A stretch of DNA of 63,991 bases, filler included, from Bigelowiella natans CCMP2755 (taxonomy: Eukaryota; Protista; Cercozoa), in assembly GCA_000320545.1 (NCBI GenBank). It is 6 parts of 6 records of this genome, joined end to end, with 100 filler letters (N's around TTAATTAATTAA, not from the genome) between each part and the next. Parts side by side here need not be neighbours in the genome. Positions count along the whole stretch, not along the records: positions 41,955 to 60,496 come from ADNK01001794.1; 5 more parts are not named here. One strand, given 5' to 3'. Within the stretch, counting starts at the first letter, position 1. Each line of letters opens with the position of its first letter. The notes beneath the pieces were generated by a model. That model was not told the DNA's origin, did not search any database, and saw only the letters and a program-made list of their open reading frames with translations. A program made the position numbers and the translations under genes. Positions 41,855 to 54,769 of the stretch are shown one piece after another.

Positions 41855-41954
41855 NNNNNNNNNNNNNNNNNNNNNNNNNNNNNNNNNNNNNNNNNNNNTT
41901 AATTAATTAANNNNNNNNNNNNNNNNNNNNNNNNNNNNNNNNNNNNNNNNNNNN
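41855..41954. other. Assembly gap with TTAATTAATTAA linker
   Basis: N run with linker. Confidence 0.99.
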
Positions 41955-42249
41955 AGAAGATGAAGAAGATGAAGAAGAGGAAGAAGACCAAAACTATTCT
42001 TTTTACATAGTCATGCGTGTACATGTTCAATTTTGTAATCTCCCTTTCTCCCCCCCCCCCCTCTCTTATCTCTCTCTCTCTCTCTCTCTCTCCCTCTTTC
42101 TCTCTCTCACTCTCTATTCGTCTATCTCTTTATAAGAATGTGTGTTGGCACATGTGATTTATGTATGTTGCTGCTTGAAGGTTTTTGCTATTTTTTTTTA
42201 AATAATGTGTAATAAAATCATCGTCGTATGATGCAGGCAACCAACACGG

Positions 42250-43160
42250 GCGAGCTAGGTCATCAGAGGCGCGGTATTAGAGTTTGATAAATACTGCTCC
42301 ATTAACATCCGCCGTTGCAGTAGCAAAATAATCGCTCTGTAAATGGCATTCAGCTAATGAAATAAGCAGCGCTATTGTGATATGATGAACATCATGTTTG
42401 CCATGGAGCTTTGCTATGCGGCGTCTGCATGCATGCATGGGTCGTCTCGCGCGTGGACACGCAGCAAACACAATGCTACTAGCTCATCACACAAACATGG
42501 GTGTCGTGATCTCAATGTGCGTAGTAGGCCTTACATGATGTGAACAACCTTGCGTATAATAACTGGTCAGCAAGTGAATCATGCACTTGTTATGTTCACA
42601 TAATAACATTGGAGTGTGCTAATCGTATTGCATTGTTGCATCTATCGGTCATGCATGCTAGCATGGCTGTTGCCTAGCTCGTGCCACATGTGGTAGCTAC
42701 ACGCACGCTGCCATGCTCTTATTACGCACTACGACATAGCTGCACATTTATTTGCGCAGCTATGGCGCACATGCTAGTCATCGCTGCATGCAGAGACGAG
42801 CGAGCGCCGCACACAGCTGCTGTGCTAGTGTGTAGACAGCGTTTGCACGGCTTGCACAACGTCTAACTTGCATGCATTTCGAACCATTGTCCCTATAAAT
42901 GATCTAGTGATCAGAGGTAGCTCTAATCGATAACAATGAGAACATGAGTGCAAACTTTTCCAGATTTATTCGGTACATATGTGGAACATGATTGTGCACG
43001 TGTGCATCTGAAGGTGTTATCCACGGCCATGTGAGCGAGCAAAATGGCGCACACATCTAGACATGCACACTTGTGCTTCAACTATGCACTGCATCGCAGA
43101 CTTGTGATACAAACCGCGAGAAGTACGCGATTTGAATGAGCTTCGCCACGTGCAATTTTG
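42250..43160. other. Palindrome-rich intergenic block E (convergent thioredoxin/Rdx spacer)
   Basis: atgcatgctagcatggc at 42651; tgcatgcatgcatg at ~42426; many cacatgtg/gctag. Confidence 0.8.
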
Positions 43161-43361
43161 TTTTCATGTCCATGAACGACGGATTGTAATTTATTAATGC
43201 ATTTTTTCTGGGATTAGTTGCTTGTAATTCTTTCAAAGCAACATCAACTTGTTTTTTGTTTTTGACAACTCCCCGCTTCTTCAGAAAAGCACGGCCGCTA
43301 CATCTAAGTTAAGATAAAATCCAACAGATCATACGATATCATGTTTTATTTAGCTATTATA

Positions 43362-44637
43362 CTATTTCTTTCCAACATCGCTATCACTATGGCCGAGTCC
43401 CAAGCTTGGATTTATTCTATCTCTAAGTATTTGCTTCAGCTCCTTCAGTTCTGAGAAGGCAAAGTACAATGTGGTAAAATTATCACATTCCGTTTCGCAG
43501 TAGATGAATAACACAATTATTTGAATGATCAACATAAAAAAGTTATATTTGTAATTAAATATGATGCAAAACTCTCGCTGCTACGCTATAAAATGGTGAG
43601 TCTATTGTGCAATTACAGGACTATGCCAAAAACTAAAATGCACAGTTGGCGATACTACCTGGAAACCTTCCTTCGGCTGTTCTGTTATACACGAGATCAT
43701 CATCCAGCCACACATTAAACTGGCCTCCTGCGACAGAGCTTGGCAAAGGAGCAATTGCTACTTCACCTATTTGATCCCCGAAAGTCACTAGCAGTTCCTG
43801 TTTGCACATACGAATTATTCTATCAATGTCCGATTTGTCACGCTTGAAATATGTAGTATCAGTAACAAGTGAACACCTGCGACATCCATCCAGCTCTCAG
43901 CCCCCATCTTCATCGTTGCAGTGCGTAGAAGAGTTGTTGTGTAAGCGACGATATCAAACCAACAGACATAATAAAAATTAAAGCGACATCGATGATTTAA
44001 ATGTATTGTATCTCTATATAACCCCTACGTCAAATGATAAGACAGATGGTAGTGATATCTCTATTCCTATTGATGTAATAAATCTCTTGATTGAAGGAAT
44101 CCTTACCTGCATCCGGTGCAAAACTCGATCAGCACCCTAGGGCTTCTAACAGCACCGCTACCTGGCCCTTGGCATTGAACTTGCATAGGTTACGTGAGAA
44201 CGAATGAAAAAAAAATAAGATAAAGAAGGCAGCAGTGTTGTATAATGGGGTGCCGGTGACTGAGACTGCTGCCGTAAATCATGCTACAACATACAACTAC
44301 AATGAGCACAAATTATATCAAAATCCCGTGGTTGCTGTCAAACCTTGAGTATCACGTCTATGGTGAGAAACTCTGAATCGATTTCCTAAACCTAATATCC
44401 CTTTTTGTGTTGCCCAAACGTGCTTTGCCCTTCATAAAGACAACTGTGAGCTTACACCAGCAACACATAAACATTTAGTGACCTGGGAGGAGGGGGATAG
44501 AGAATAGTGTAGTATGACGGGAGTGATTCCATGTGCGAATAGGTCCGATAGAGCGTCCTCGGCAACAATGTTGATGGCATCGATACAGTTGCTCTCGGCA
44601 AGAGGAGGAGGAGGAGGGGGAGCACGGCCGAGAACAT
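43362..44637 (-). CDS. Rdx family (SelT/SelW/SelH-like) redox protein, Cys form, with putative signal + transit-like leader
   Basis: PRVLIEFCTGC-RWGLRAGWMSQ / ELLVTFGDQIGEVAIAP...GGQFNVWLDDDLVYNRTAEGRFP / ELKELKQILRDRINPSLGLGHSD...*; leader [27 protein letters not shown]...RFRVSHHRRDTQVQC (leader splicing inferred). Confidence 0.85.
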
Positions 44638-44763
44638 CTGCAATGAGAGACCACATAAATATGTAATCGATTTATTTTGAGCGACAACAAAAAGGCGATC
44701 AATCGTCAAGATAATGCCGAATAAGTCGACAAAACTCAAATTGCATCCAGATGTTAGGTGAAA

Positions 44764-45801
44764 TTACACGGAAATCGTCCACTCGAATTTGCCCAGCCTG
44801 CACTGGACTCTTTCTCTATGTTAGAATCTGCCGGCAGATCTACCCGGCAGATCTGCCCGGCATTCACATGTCACTGTCGAAGTAACGGGTACTTACTGAA
44901 ATATTTTGTCGTCGGCAGAATCTGCCAAATCTGCTTTTTCGAACCAGTCGCCGACTACATTTTGGCCTAGACCTTTGATCTACGAACGCGAAAATTGTGG
45001 TTCCAAAGAAAAACTCGCCTCAAAAATAAAAATTCGTGGGGGCAGCATCAGACGGATTATGATCCTTGCTTGCGACAAAGGATTCTGCTTGCTTTATTGT
45101 TGGATCTATTTATAGACATGTGGTCGTTTTTATTGGGTGAAATCGGTATTCCTGTGGTGGTAGTGATCGCTAGATCTACAAGACCTGTAGTCCAGATCTA
45201 TTTTTTACAAAAAACGTTTTTTATTTCATACCCTTTTCACATACACGCGTGAGAAGTTAGCGAATGTCGTACCGTAGTCTAACGAATATGGTACTCTTAC
45301 CAAACGACGTATCAGTGTAAAATTAAAGCCAATTTACTGTTAAGACAAAAGAGTCTTGATGTCACAGAGCATAAATGAATCATGTCTGCGCTTGTTGGTG
45401 AGCTCGGAACTCGTCTGGAACCTTCCAAAAACCAAAAACCGAACAGCAGTAGTCACGACCACCCTTTGCTAAATCCACCCCCCAATCTGAAGTCCAATGA
45501 ACAGCATCAACAAGATAAGGTTCCCAATTAGCGTCCGGAGGGGCATTAGCTACCCGAAGAGATTACAGGCAGCTGCAAGTTTTGTTTTCATCTCTACAAC
45601 CGCATTCTCCTTGGCTATGAACGCCTCAAAACGATTGGGCAGTCGTCATGGGCCTCACAGTGTGCGGAATTTCAGATGATTTGTACCTCTGTTTATGATC
45701 CAATTTAATTGGGACAGAAGTTGACTTGTGGGTCACACGAGAGTATCGCTATGGTCTAGAGGGAAAAACCAGTGACATTTCAGAGTTGTAAATGTCGCCA
45801 T
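44764..45801 (-). CDS. Hypothetical multi-exon protein with short introns
   Basis: Plausible GT-AG exons MATFTTLK / AFIAKENAVVEMKTKLAAA / NAPPDANWEPYLVDAVHWTSDWGVDLAKG / GLGQNVVGDWFEKADLADSADDKIF / QERVQCRLGKFEWTISV*; no family recognised. Confidence 0.45.
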
Positions 45802-45979
45802 GGTAGCGATTCTGGAAGTAAAAAACCGTAAATTCTGCCTTTTTTGTAAAGTAGACGTAATTAAAGGCTTCGAGATAGATCAATCGTCTCGAAGCTATCA
45901 ACGAGTTTCCAAGCTCATGTTAATTGTAAAACTTTGTAGTTAGACAGACAATGTCAGATTATCACACCGTCCAGTCAAC

Positions 45980-46790
45980 TCGATAGCTCTAGAGCAAACC
46001 ATCTCTCTTACCAACATGGTTTGCACATCTAGCTAGATATGTCTATGCAAGTTACCCCTTGTACATCCTCAAGATTACGAAATTTTGTTGACATGAGATT
46101 ACAATAGACTCACGTAGAGTATATAAGTAACTCGGTAACCGTGCATGCGTACCTAGACAGAGCTGGCACGTTGAACCTTGCTTGCTTTCCGAACATACTA
46201 GCATGTACGTGTTGCAATGCAGTCTAGTTAGTGCTAGTATGTATTCACGCGTTTCATTGATTCAACATCATTGACCGATGCGATGTTGCACATTGAACGC
46301 ACAAAGCTAGCTAGAATAAAGGCGTCATCATCTAATCTGGCATCTCATCTAGAGCTGCTGGGCGCTGCATGTATGACGTGCAAACACAGGCACTCTACCG
46401 CCAATGGCTAGAATAGAAGCCGAGTGAACCGAATCGAGGAGCTTCGTCGCAAGGAAGCTATGTGCGTTCGTACTTGATGACGAGCTATATATAGCCAGTC
46501 GATCTCATTCTATGTACAAGCAGTGCTAGCTAGCTCTTGTTAGCTAGACTACTAGCTTGTAGCTAGCTAGACGAGTGCATGAACACATGCGACACTAACA
46601 TGCTAGCACGCGAACAAGCGATGCTGTTTGATCTAGTGATGACAACACTGATGATTTCTATATTTCTAGATTTCACATTTGCACATCTAAACATGCATGC
46701 AGCCAGCCGTAGAAGAGATCATGCGTTGTTGTTAGATTGTTGCTGTAGGCCAAAACTGCTCGGACTCCAACGATGCTGCTGCTGCATGTG
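45980..46790. other. Palindrome-rich intergenic block F (downstream of SRP68)
   Basis: 46526-46572 gctagctagctcttgttagctagactactagcttgtagctagctagac. Confidence 0.85.
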
Positions 46791-46823
46791 CTACTACTAT
46801 GATTACTAACACAAAGACTACCA

Positions 46824-48155
46824 TTACCAGAGTCCTAGACTAGACAATAAACCACCACTCTTTTGCTTCTCTGCTTCAAGTCTCTTACCCAGCGAATCAA
46901 AGGAAAGCTCATTGTACGCGACATCGAAGAAGAGAGCCTTTCCGGGGGCTGCTTTGAAGACCTCAGGAAACTTAGTGAGTTCTTTATCTTCTGTAGACTC
47001 GAACTTATCCAGGCGGTCAAGGAGTGGAGCCTCTGTTTTCTTCGTGTCGCTGATGTCCATATTCGCCATGCCTTTCGTCAGTCCCTTTTCGGTTGCATAC
47101 TTAGCCTGCAGAACAAGGGCCTTAGCGCGAAGGCGCTTTGCTGGCAGAAGGGAGACGAGCGTCTCCAAGCGAGAGAAGCCTGGAAGGAGGAAAAAGGAAG
47201 TAAAAATAAAAGCAGATACCAATGATTGAACTGAATCACCAATACTTTCCAAGCTACGATGACATTCGCGCATTGTTATTCTTAGAAAGATACTGAGCGT
47301 GATATTCGGTAGTACCAGGATCTTTCTCGCCTAGAGCAGCCGCAGCAGCAGACGCCTCTTTTGCCACCTCTGTGCTACGATCGAACAGTGCAAATGCTTC
47401 CAAAAACCTGTTGAAGAAGAAGAAGAAGAAGAAGAGGAATAAGAGGAAGGAGGGTGTTAATGACGATTACCGATCCCTCTCGGGCACCCCCCCCCCCCCC
47501 CCTTCTCTCCCATCCTCTCTTCCACCTATTTCACCCACGCTTCTACGGCTTTTTACTTTCTGTTGTTTTCGAAACTCGTCGCCTTGTAGAACAGCCGAAT
47601 CGCGCGGTAGCACATTCGTTTCGTTTCAAGTCTCTTTCGCTCATCGCCGTCCTTGCGCTCCTCAGCGAATCTACATGATGACGTAGTATACATATTGTAA
47701 GAATTACTCGCCACACCCAAACGTGTTGGATGAACGTGGGTATTGAATTTCGTATTTACATACATGTATGCCTGCGCCCTCGTGTGTGTGTGTGTGTGTG
47801 GTGTGCGCGTGTGTGTCGCGAGAAAGGCAGATGGGGCAGTTCGCCAGGGGGGGAGGAGGAGGAATTGAAGAAATGGTCCGTCGTTAGTTGACTACTTAAA
47901 TAGCAATATACCGTTCAAGTTCCTTGACTTCACGGAGCAGCGAGTTGTACGCAGAGATCAGAGACACGACCTGCACGCGCTCCTTCTTCGCCTTGCCTTT
48001 GAGCACCACCCCCGGCTTATTTTCTTCATCGTACTTCGTCGCTAGTGCCTCGGTCTGCACATGGCCACGGGAGAACTTGTGTGTGAGCTTCTTATAGTCT
48101 ATGTACGACTTCAAGAGCTTTAAGTACCTGGTTGTAGAGCACGACTTAGGTTCAT

Positions 48156-48195
<40 letters not shown>

Positions 48196-48690
48196 TACAT
48201 ATACATATAAATATAAATTAATACGAAAATAGATTTTTGATACACTGCGCTACTCTCCCGCTTATATTGTGTTTGCAGTTGTTATGTCAGCTGTGGTGAG
48301 GATAGCGTCCTCCTATTACCCTGCTTTCTTGTCAAGCATGATAGTCCTTAGCTTGGCGCCCTCATTGGCATATATGTCCCTCTGGCACGACCCATGTGCT
48401 TTGGTGTAATCCGCAATTATTTGCGTCAATGCGTGGATATGGTCCGAAGATGACGATGATGATGACGATGATTTTAAGGCAGCTTCTTTGGTGGCGGCTC
48501 TGTCCAGAGCGGCACGTGTATTTGCATTGGAAATCGGAATTTTACTCCCCATGAAGGAGACCACCGCGGTAGTAGCTGCAGTACTAGAAGACTGATATAG
48601 GTGTGTGGGTGGGGGACGGGGAAAGGATTTTAATGTGGAGTCTTGAAATCACTTCACACATATGCACACAGGAGGGGGGGGGGAGGGAGA

Positions 48691-48730
<40 letters not shown>

Positions 48731-50458
48731 ACCTTAGTCTCATGAGCCTTTTCCAGGATCTCGAATTTTGATTTAATCTCAGGAGCTAGCTTTGTTGCCT
48801 CCTCAACTACTGCAGCTAGCTTCTGCGCACCCCCAAGCTCTCTCTTGGCGTTGTACTTGGCAAGACGGAGGGACTGCCCGATTTGCTTCGCCATGTCTAA
48901 CAATACCGTTAAAATTGGTGATCAAGGCAAAAATGGCCATTCGAATAAAAGGAAATGAACAAATCAAATACTGTCAAGAAGTATCGTTTCATCTATTTTA
49001 AAAAATCCAGAAATATACCTTGTTCTTTATGTTTTTGTGGGCTACTACTACTGCTACTATTACTACTACTACTACCGTTGCAGCGATCTTCAGTCTCCAC
49101 ATCGCTCACCTTAGCCAGTTGCTCACATAGTGTTTTCGCGTGCAAAAGCGACGTAAGAGCATCCTTCCTGTAGGAGATAAGTTTTGTGTTGTGAGAGTGT
49201 GTCTATCTGCATGCGTGTGAGAGCATGCTTACATTCTCCTATAATACATCATCATCTTGGCATCTAAGCTTCATATCTTTCGTACCACTCAGCTCGTTCG
49301 TTGTGGTTTATTCCTGCCATCCACGATGCGTAAACGTCACTCTCAAGTTGTGTGCGGTCGGTCCCCAACTTCTACTGACAGCTCGTGGAGTTGCTGCCAT
49401 GAACACAATTAAGCATTATTACGTCATTCTGGACAATGTGAATCTAGCTAGCCAAACTATCCCCAACCTTTGTGGGAGTTGATTTGTTATTTCACTGTTT
49501 TACGAACAAATTCGATTACAAGATGCCTTTGAGTGTTACATATTACTTTGCTCCAAGCTACGGCCTTCTTCAACTTCTTCAGAAGATGGTGCTGTTTCCT
49601 CGAGTCATCATCCTTGGTAAGAGCTTGCTTTAACTCCATGGCATAGCTCCATGCACGCTCCGCATTCAGGAGAGGAATCGAGAGAAACCTGGAACAAAAA
49701 ATTTGAACTTGAATCTCTAACATCACATCTGAAAAATGGTTTTGGGGCATTTCCCGTCGGGTATAGCCATCCGAATATAGTTATTGCATCCTTCATTACA
49801 TTAGTTCAAGAATCCATACCTGTTGTTCTTCACGTGCTTCACCTCTAGCTTCTTTTTCTTAAAATGACCCTTACCATGTTGAAATTTGACGCTTTTTCGC
49901 ACGCGTTTCAACCTCTTCGCGCAGTATTGTCTAGGAAAGGAAGAAAACAGAACATTTGATGAACAGCAGGGATTGAGAAAATGTAATGCCCCCACCCAGA
50001 GATTAAAAGATGATGTCTCGATGTTCAAACATATTCAAATATTTCTATGATTTGATACATAGTACTACCTATAACGCGTGTAGTCGTCGCCTCGAAGTCC
50101 ATATTGAGATTGGGAGTCCTTAACTGTTGTTAGGACTGGAGAGCAATAAAGAAAGCCGTGATCAGCATGGGAGTGGTTTTCAAACTAAAACTATCAACTA
50201 TGTGGGTATGCAAAAATAAAAATTCCCCCAAATTTTGACCCCAAAGGTCCCTGAATCAGCTCAATAGGTCACAAGGGGGGTATCTAGTATGACTTTGCTG
50301 GGTCAGCACATAAGGTGAATGGCGAAGGGGACCAGGTTTCGTTTTTTTTCGAATCTTACTACTGTGATTAAGAGAAAATGAATACCGTCGAGATGGATTT
50401 TCTTTTCATCGGCGCCCGCGGCGTCCTTCGAGGGGGTGTCAACCTTCTCGACCTCCAT
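46824..50458 (-). CDS. SRP68: Signal recognition particle subunit SRP68
   Basis: SQSQYGLRGDDYTRY-RQYCAKRLKRVRKS; LLNAERAWSYAMELKQ...KQHHLLKKLKKAVAWS; C-terminal LTKFPEVFKAAPGKALFFDVAYNELSF...SGGLLSSLGLW*. Confidence 0.95.
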
Positions 50459-51249
50459 TGTGGACTATTATAGGACTTAAAAATAAAGTCTCCAAAACTA
50501 ATGATCCCGGATAAAAAATAGATTTGCTGAACAATATGTATGTCGCCTTATATAAATGGAATATATCTTTCCAAAATATATTCGACAAACCAGACCTCGA
50601 TGTCCACCTTTTGGAATTTCAGTGCGCGTACGTCCGTACTCCCAGTAAGCGGGAGGGTATCTTTGGCTACGGTAACAACATTATGATGTCGCAGAAGGAA
50701 GTCAGACCCCATCGGACTATTCGAACAAATCCGATTCTGTCCGTAAGTACCGGAGCAGTTGCCCGTGTACGACACGACTTTGGACATTTTTACTGCGAAA
50801 GTTGAGATCCTTCCTGTACATTTTGATGGAATCGTGGTTCAATGCAGCTGAATTATGAATTAGAATTATAATCCAGTGGAGATCGAAGATTTGAAAATAA
50901 GAATGCCGTGTGTGTTAGCCCATAATGACACTAATTTGTGAGACGTATATAATTTACTGCTTACTTTTATGCAAAAATCTCCTCTCTGCATTCGACACTA
51001 CATCGGAGAATCACTTCCACTTTGCTAGGAGAAAGGCAATGATGTCCGCCCCGGATCAAAAAGACACCCCTAATTATTTGAAAAATAATAATATTTTGTT
51101 GTCGCTAAAATTTATCCAAAGAGTAAATGAAAGATATATTGCCAATGCAAGGATTCTTCAGGTCTTAAAATTCTCTTGAACCCCAAAACCCAAACCCTGG
51201 CGCGGAGGACCCTCCCATTTCCCCCTTCTCTCTACGCCTTGGATTAGTC
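50459..51249. promoter_or_regulatory. Divergent (head-to-head) promoter region SRP68/HDAC1
   Basis: Lies between ATG at 50458 (-) and ATG at 51250 (+); lacks the palindrome-rich block; aaccccaaaacccaaaccct near 51179. Confidence 0.6.
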
Positions 51250-54200
51250 ATGCAGAAGAAGAGAGTCGCCTACTTCTATCATGGTATTAATTATGTGAGA
51301 GTAGGAATCCGAAAGAAGAACGAGGGAACATCGGGTTGGGGGAAACAGAACATCGAAAGCATATGCGGACACCCTTTGCTCGAATCCTTTAGAATGGCTC
51401 CAAACGTTTCGACTGGTCACCGTCCGCATTTGAAATATACCAAAAAATATTTAACTGGATTAAAGCACAAATTCCACATGTTTTCACGAAGTGAACCGCA
51501 ATTATGTTCTTTCCCTCCTGACTACACTATTCTTTGAAAACATCCTTGAACAACGCATCTGACCGTAATATAGCTCAGAATCGAATCTCATGTTATGACA
51601 CCCATAATATTATAGACCAAGTCGGGAACTACCACTATGGACCCGGCCACCCGATGAAACCTCACCGCATTCGCATGGCTCATTCCCTCATCCTAAACTA
51701 CGGACTCTACAAGAAGATGGAAATATATGTTAGTTTCTTGCCCCCAGCCCCTTAGCCTGTGCTGTTTGTGGATACTATACGCAGCTATATGTATTAGAAT
51801 CAGAGATACTGAAATCATTTGAATGCAAAGGCCTTTGTAGCTATTTACTGCACTGACAACTCTCTAACATAGCGCCCGGACCTTGTGGAGGATGAAATGA
51901 TGACGATGTTTCATTCGGATGATTACGTCCATTTCTTGCAGTCGGTCACCCCAGGTGCATCAAATATTGCAAACTCATTGTTATTCGTAGAGGACATTTC
52001 TACCCACTCATGATGCCGACAATTTTTTTTCTGGAGATTGTGCAGCACACCCCTTCACCGTCCTCGGGGCATAGTTTTCCACAAAATTTCTCAAATTTTC
52101 CTATCCTCCGTTAACTCCACCTTCCCCCAGATAACATGAATGACTACAGCCGAGAGCTTCAGCGATGTAAGTTATCACAAAATAGGGCAATGGATGAGAC
52201 ATTACCGAGAGTTCTCTTCTGATTTAAGGATATTGAATGAGTCTACGAACCTTTTTAGGATATTGAATGAGTCTACGAACCTTGTCTGCCTATCTGAAAT
52301 CGGCTTTCTCTTTCTCAGGAAACATCTTAATAATCTTCCATGTTTTACTTTCCTTGACAGACAATATGGATGTCGACTGTCCCGTCTTCGATGGTTTGTA
52401 TAAGTTCTGTCAAATTTACACTGGCGCCTCCATAGGTCAGCTTACGTATAACACGTACCTGGTCAACACTGTTTTGCTATATTGTACTCCAAAAAAAAAC
52501 TTATCATTATTATCCGGGATCCAAACCGCCATCTTGGCATGACCACAAGACGAAAATTCGTTCGAATACTAGGGGGAACAGAACCCTCAATTCTTCTTTG
52601 ACTATTTTAGGAGGAGCTCGAAAGTTGATGCAGGGGAACGCTGACATATGTATCAACTGGTCTGGAGGATTACACCATGCAAAAAAATCAGAGGCGTCGG
52701 GCTTTTGCTACATCAATGATATCGTTCTGGCAATCCTCGAGTTGCTCAAGTGATTCAAAATAGACAATAGAACAAAAAGAGGGTGCACTAAAAACTTTCG
52801 GGTGGTTTTGCTGCCTGTGTCATTGCCAGCTCAGCCTAAAAGATGCCAACATGACAACTTTGCCGCAGCAATCGATTCATCATCGTACAGGCCTCGTACT
52901 TGAGAGATTTTTTTAGAGTATCCCCGGCTCGATCTATAAGCTTCATATTCAACTGTTGTGATTGATGCGTTATATATGACAGCCACTACGCACGTGTGCT
53001 GTACATCGACATCGATATCCATCATGGAGACGGGGTGGAGGAGGCTTTCTACAACACGGACCGCGTCATGACTGCTTCTTTTCACAAGTATGCGTTGACT
53101 ATATGTGACTGTTGTATGAATGCGAAGGACGCGGTTTGTGGCCGTAGCTCCACAGAGATACATGCTGGCTCCTATCGACACAGCAAGAAGAAATATACTG
53201 AATATCTGCACGTCCATGTGTTTCTCTTCTAATGTATTAAATAGATATGGAGAGTATTTCCCGGGCACCGGAGGAGTCAAGGTAATTCAATTTTCCTTTT
53301 CATTGGGTTTGCATATCTACTTTCTCGACATGATAACGAAAACCGTGCATACGAATGATATTCACTTGCATAATATTGCTGACTCGGCAAATCTCCTAAA
53401 TGATGGGTATTATTATTATTAATAATAATTTGCAGGATATTGGGGTGAACAAGGGTAAGAAGTACTCGATTAACTTCCCACTCATGGACGGGATCGACGA
53501 TCAAAGCTATCAAAGCATCTTCAAACCGGTGAGAGGGAAACGTGAAGAAAGGAAGGGCAGGCGTGCATCAGTTAGATAGCAATCAATATGATGTGTTTTG
53601 CTCATGATATCATCTATCATCAGCGTAGCTCTTCATCATCATTATTGTTATCATTATCATCATCGACAGATAATGGCCAAGATAATGGAGACCTTCCAGC
53701 CAGGCGCCGTGGTGCTTCAATGTGGCGCTGATTCGCTCGCTGGTGATCGACTCGGTTGCTTTAATCTTTCCCTCAAGGGTCATGCAGCATGCGTGGACTA
53801 TATGAAGTCCTTCAACGTTCCTCTCCTCATTCTTGGGGGTGGCGGATATACTGTCCGTAACGTCGCACGGTGCTGGGCAAACGAGACTGGCGCGGTGTTG
53901 GACCAAAAACTCTCGGAGGAAATCCCTTACAATGAGTATGTTCTACTGCAACTAGTGTGCTTATATCATTCCTTCAAGATCATCTTCTCATTAAAATTCT
54001 GCGTTGATAGTGAAGCCTCCCATCTTCTCTCTACTTCGTCCTCTTCCCCCCCCCCCCCCCCCCCTTCTCTCTCTTTCTCCATCCGTCCTCACTACTGCCT
54101 TTTTTGTTACTCTTCCTGAAGCTACATCATCGTCACCAATGGATCCTCTTTGTCAGATATTACGAATACTACGGCCCTGACTTCAATCTGCACATCACCC

Positions 54201-54601
54201 CGAGTAATATGGAGAACCACAACACAAAGAAGTACATGGAAGACACCAAGATTGAGCTCTTTGAGTGTCTTAGCTCTCTTCCTAAGCCAAGCGTTCAGAT
54301 CAAACAGGTATGTAATCAAGCACTAAAGAAGCTCTCTCGAAAACATGAGCCATGAGATGATGTGTCTCATTGTGGTTTTCCACCTCGGCCTCATTTTCGC
54401 TGCGCTCTTCCCTTGAATGCTTATTAATCATAGATGCCACGGTATCTGGGCGGAGACCAAAAGGAGTCTTCGGTGAAGGAGTCGAATCCTGACGTTAGAA
54501 TTTCGACACGAGAAGCAGATAAGATGGTCATGGACGAAAGAGAGTTTTACGAGGATGATAAAGATCAAGATCGCCAAGCTATCCCGATGCAACTCTCGTA
54601 A
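51250..54601 (+). CDS. HDAC1: Class I histone deacetylase (HDAC1/RPD3)
   Basis: [119 protein letters not shown]; stop TAA 54599-54601. Confidence 0.98.
52227..52283. repeat. 30-bp-period tandem duplication in an HDAC intron
   Basis: aggatattgaatgagtctacgaacctt x2 (52227, 52257). Confidence 0.9.
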
Positions 54602-54769
54602 AAAAATTAAATTCAATGTGAAATATTTGAGGGAAATTAAATCAATGATAGTACCAACGTACAATTGGTATCGTGTCTCATTTGCTGGTATGTGTATGCA
54701 AATAATTTCAAGAAAGCGGCAAATCGTCGTTCTATGATTAAATAAAGAGCCAGTGAAGAGAAATGTGCA

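Noticed and set aside
44142-44162. Possible 19-nt nucleomorph-type intron gtagcggtgctgttagaag
   Set aside because: Removing it creates an immediate stop; the Rdx frame reads straight through.
44129-44637. Alternative frame with AEDALSDLFAHGITP (SelD-like) ending in GC-TGA (possible Sec) beside a SelW-like gene
   Set aside because: Requires a less plausible upstream frame; no other SelD motifs or SECIS seen; the signal-peptide frame explains the same DNA. An HMM search would settle it.
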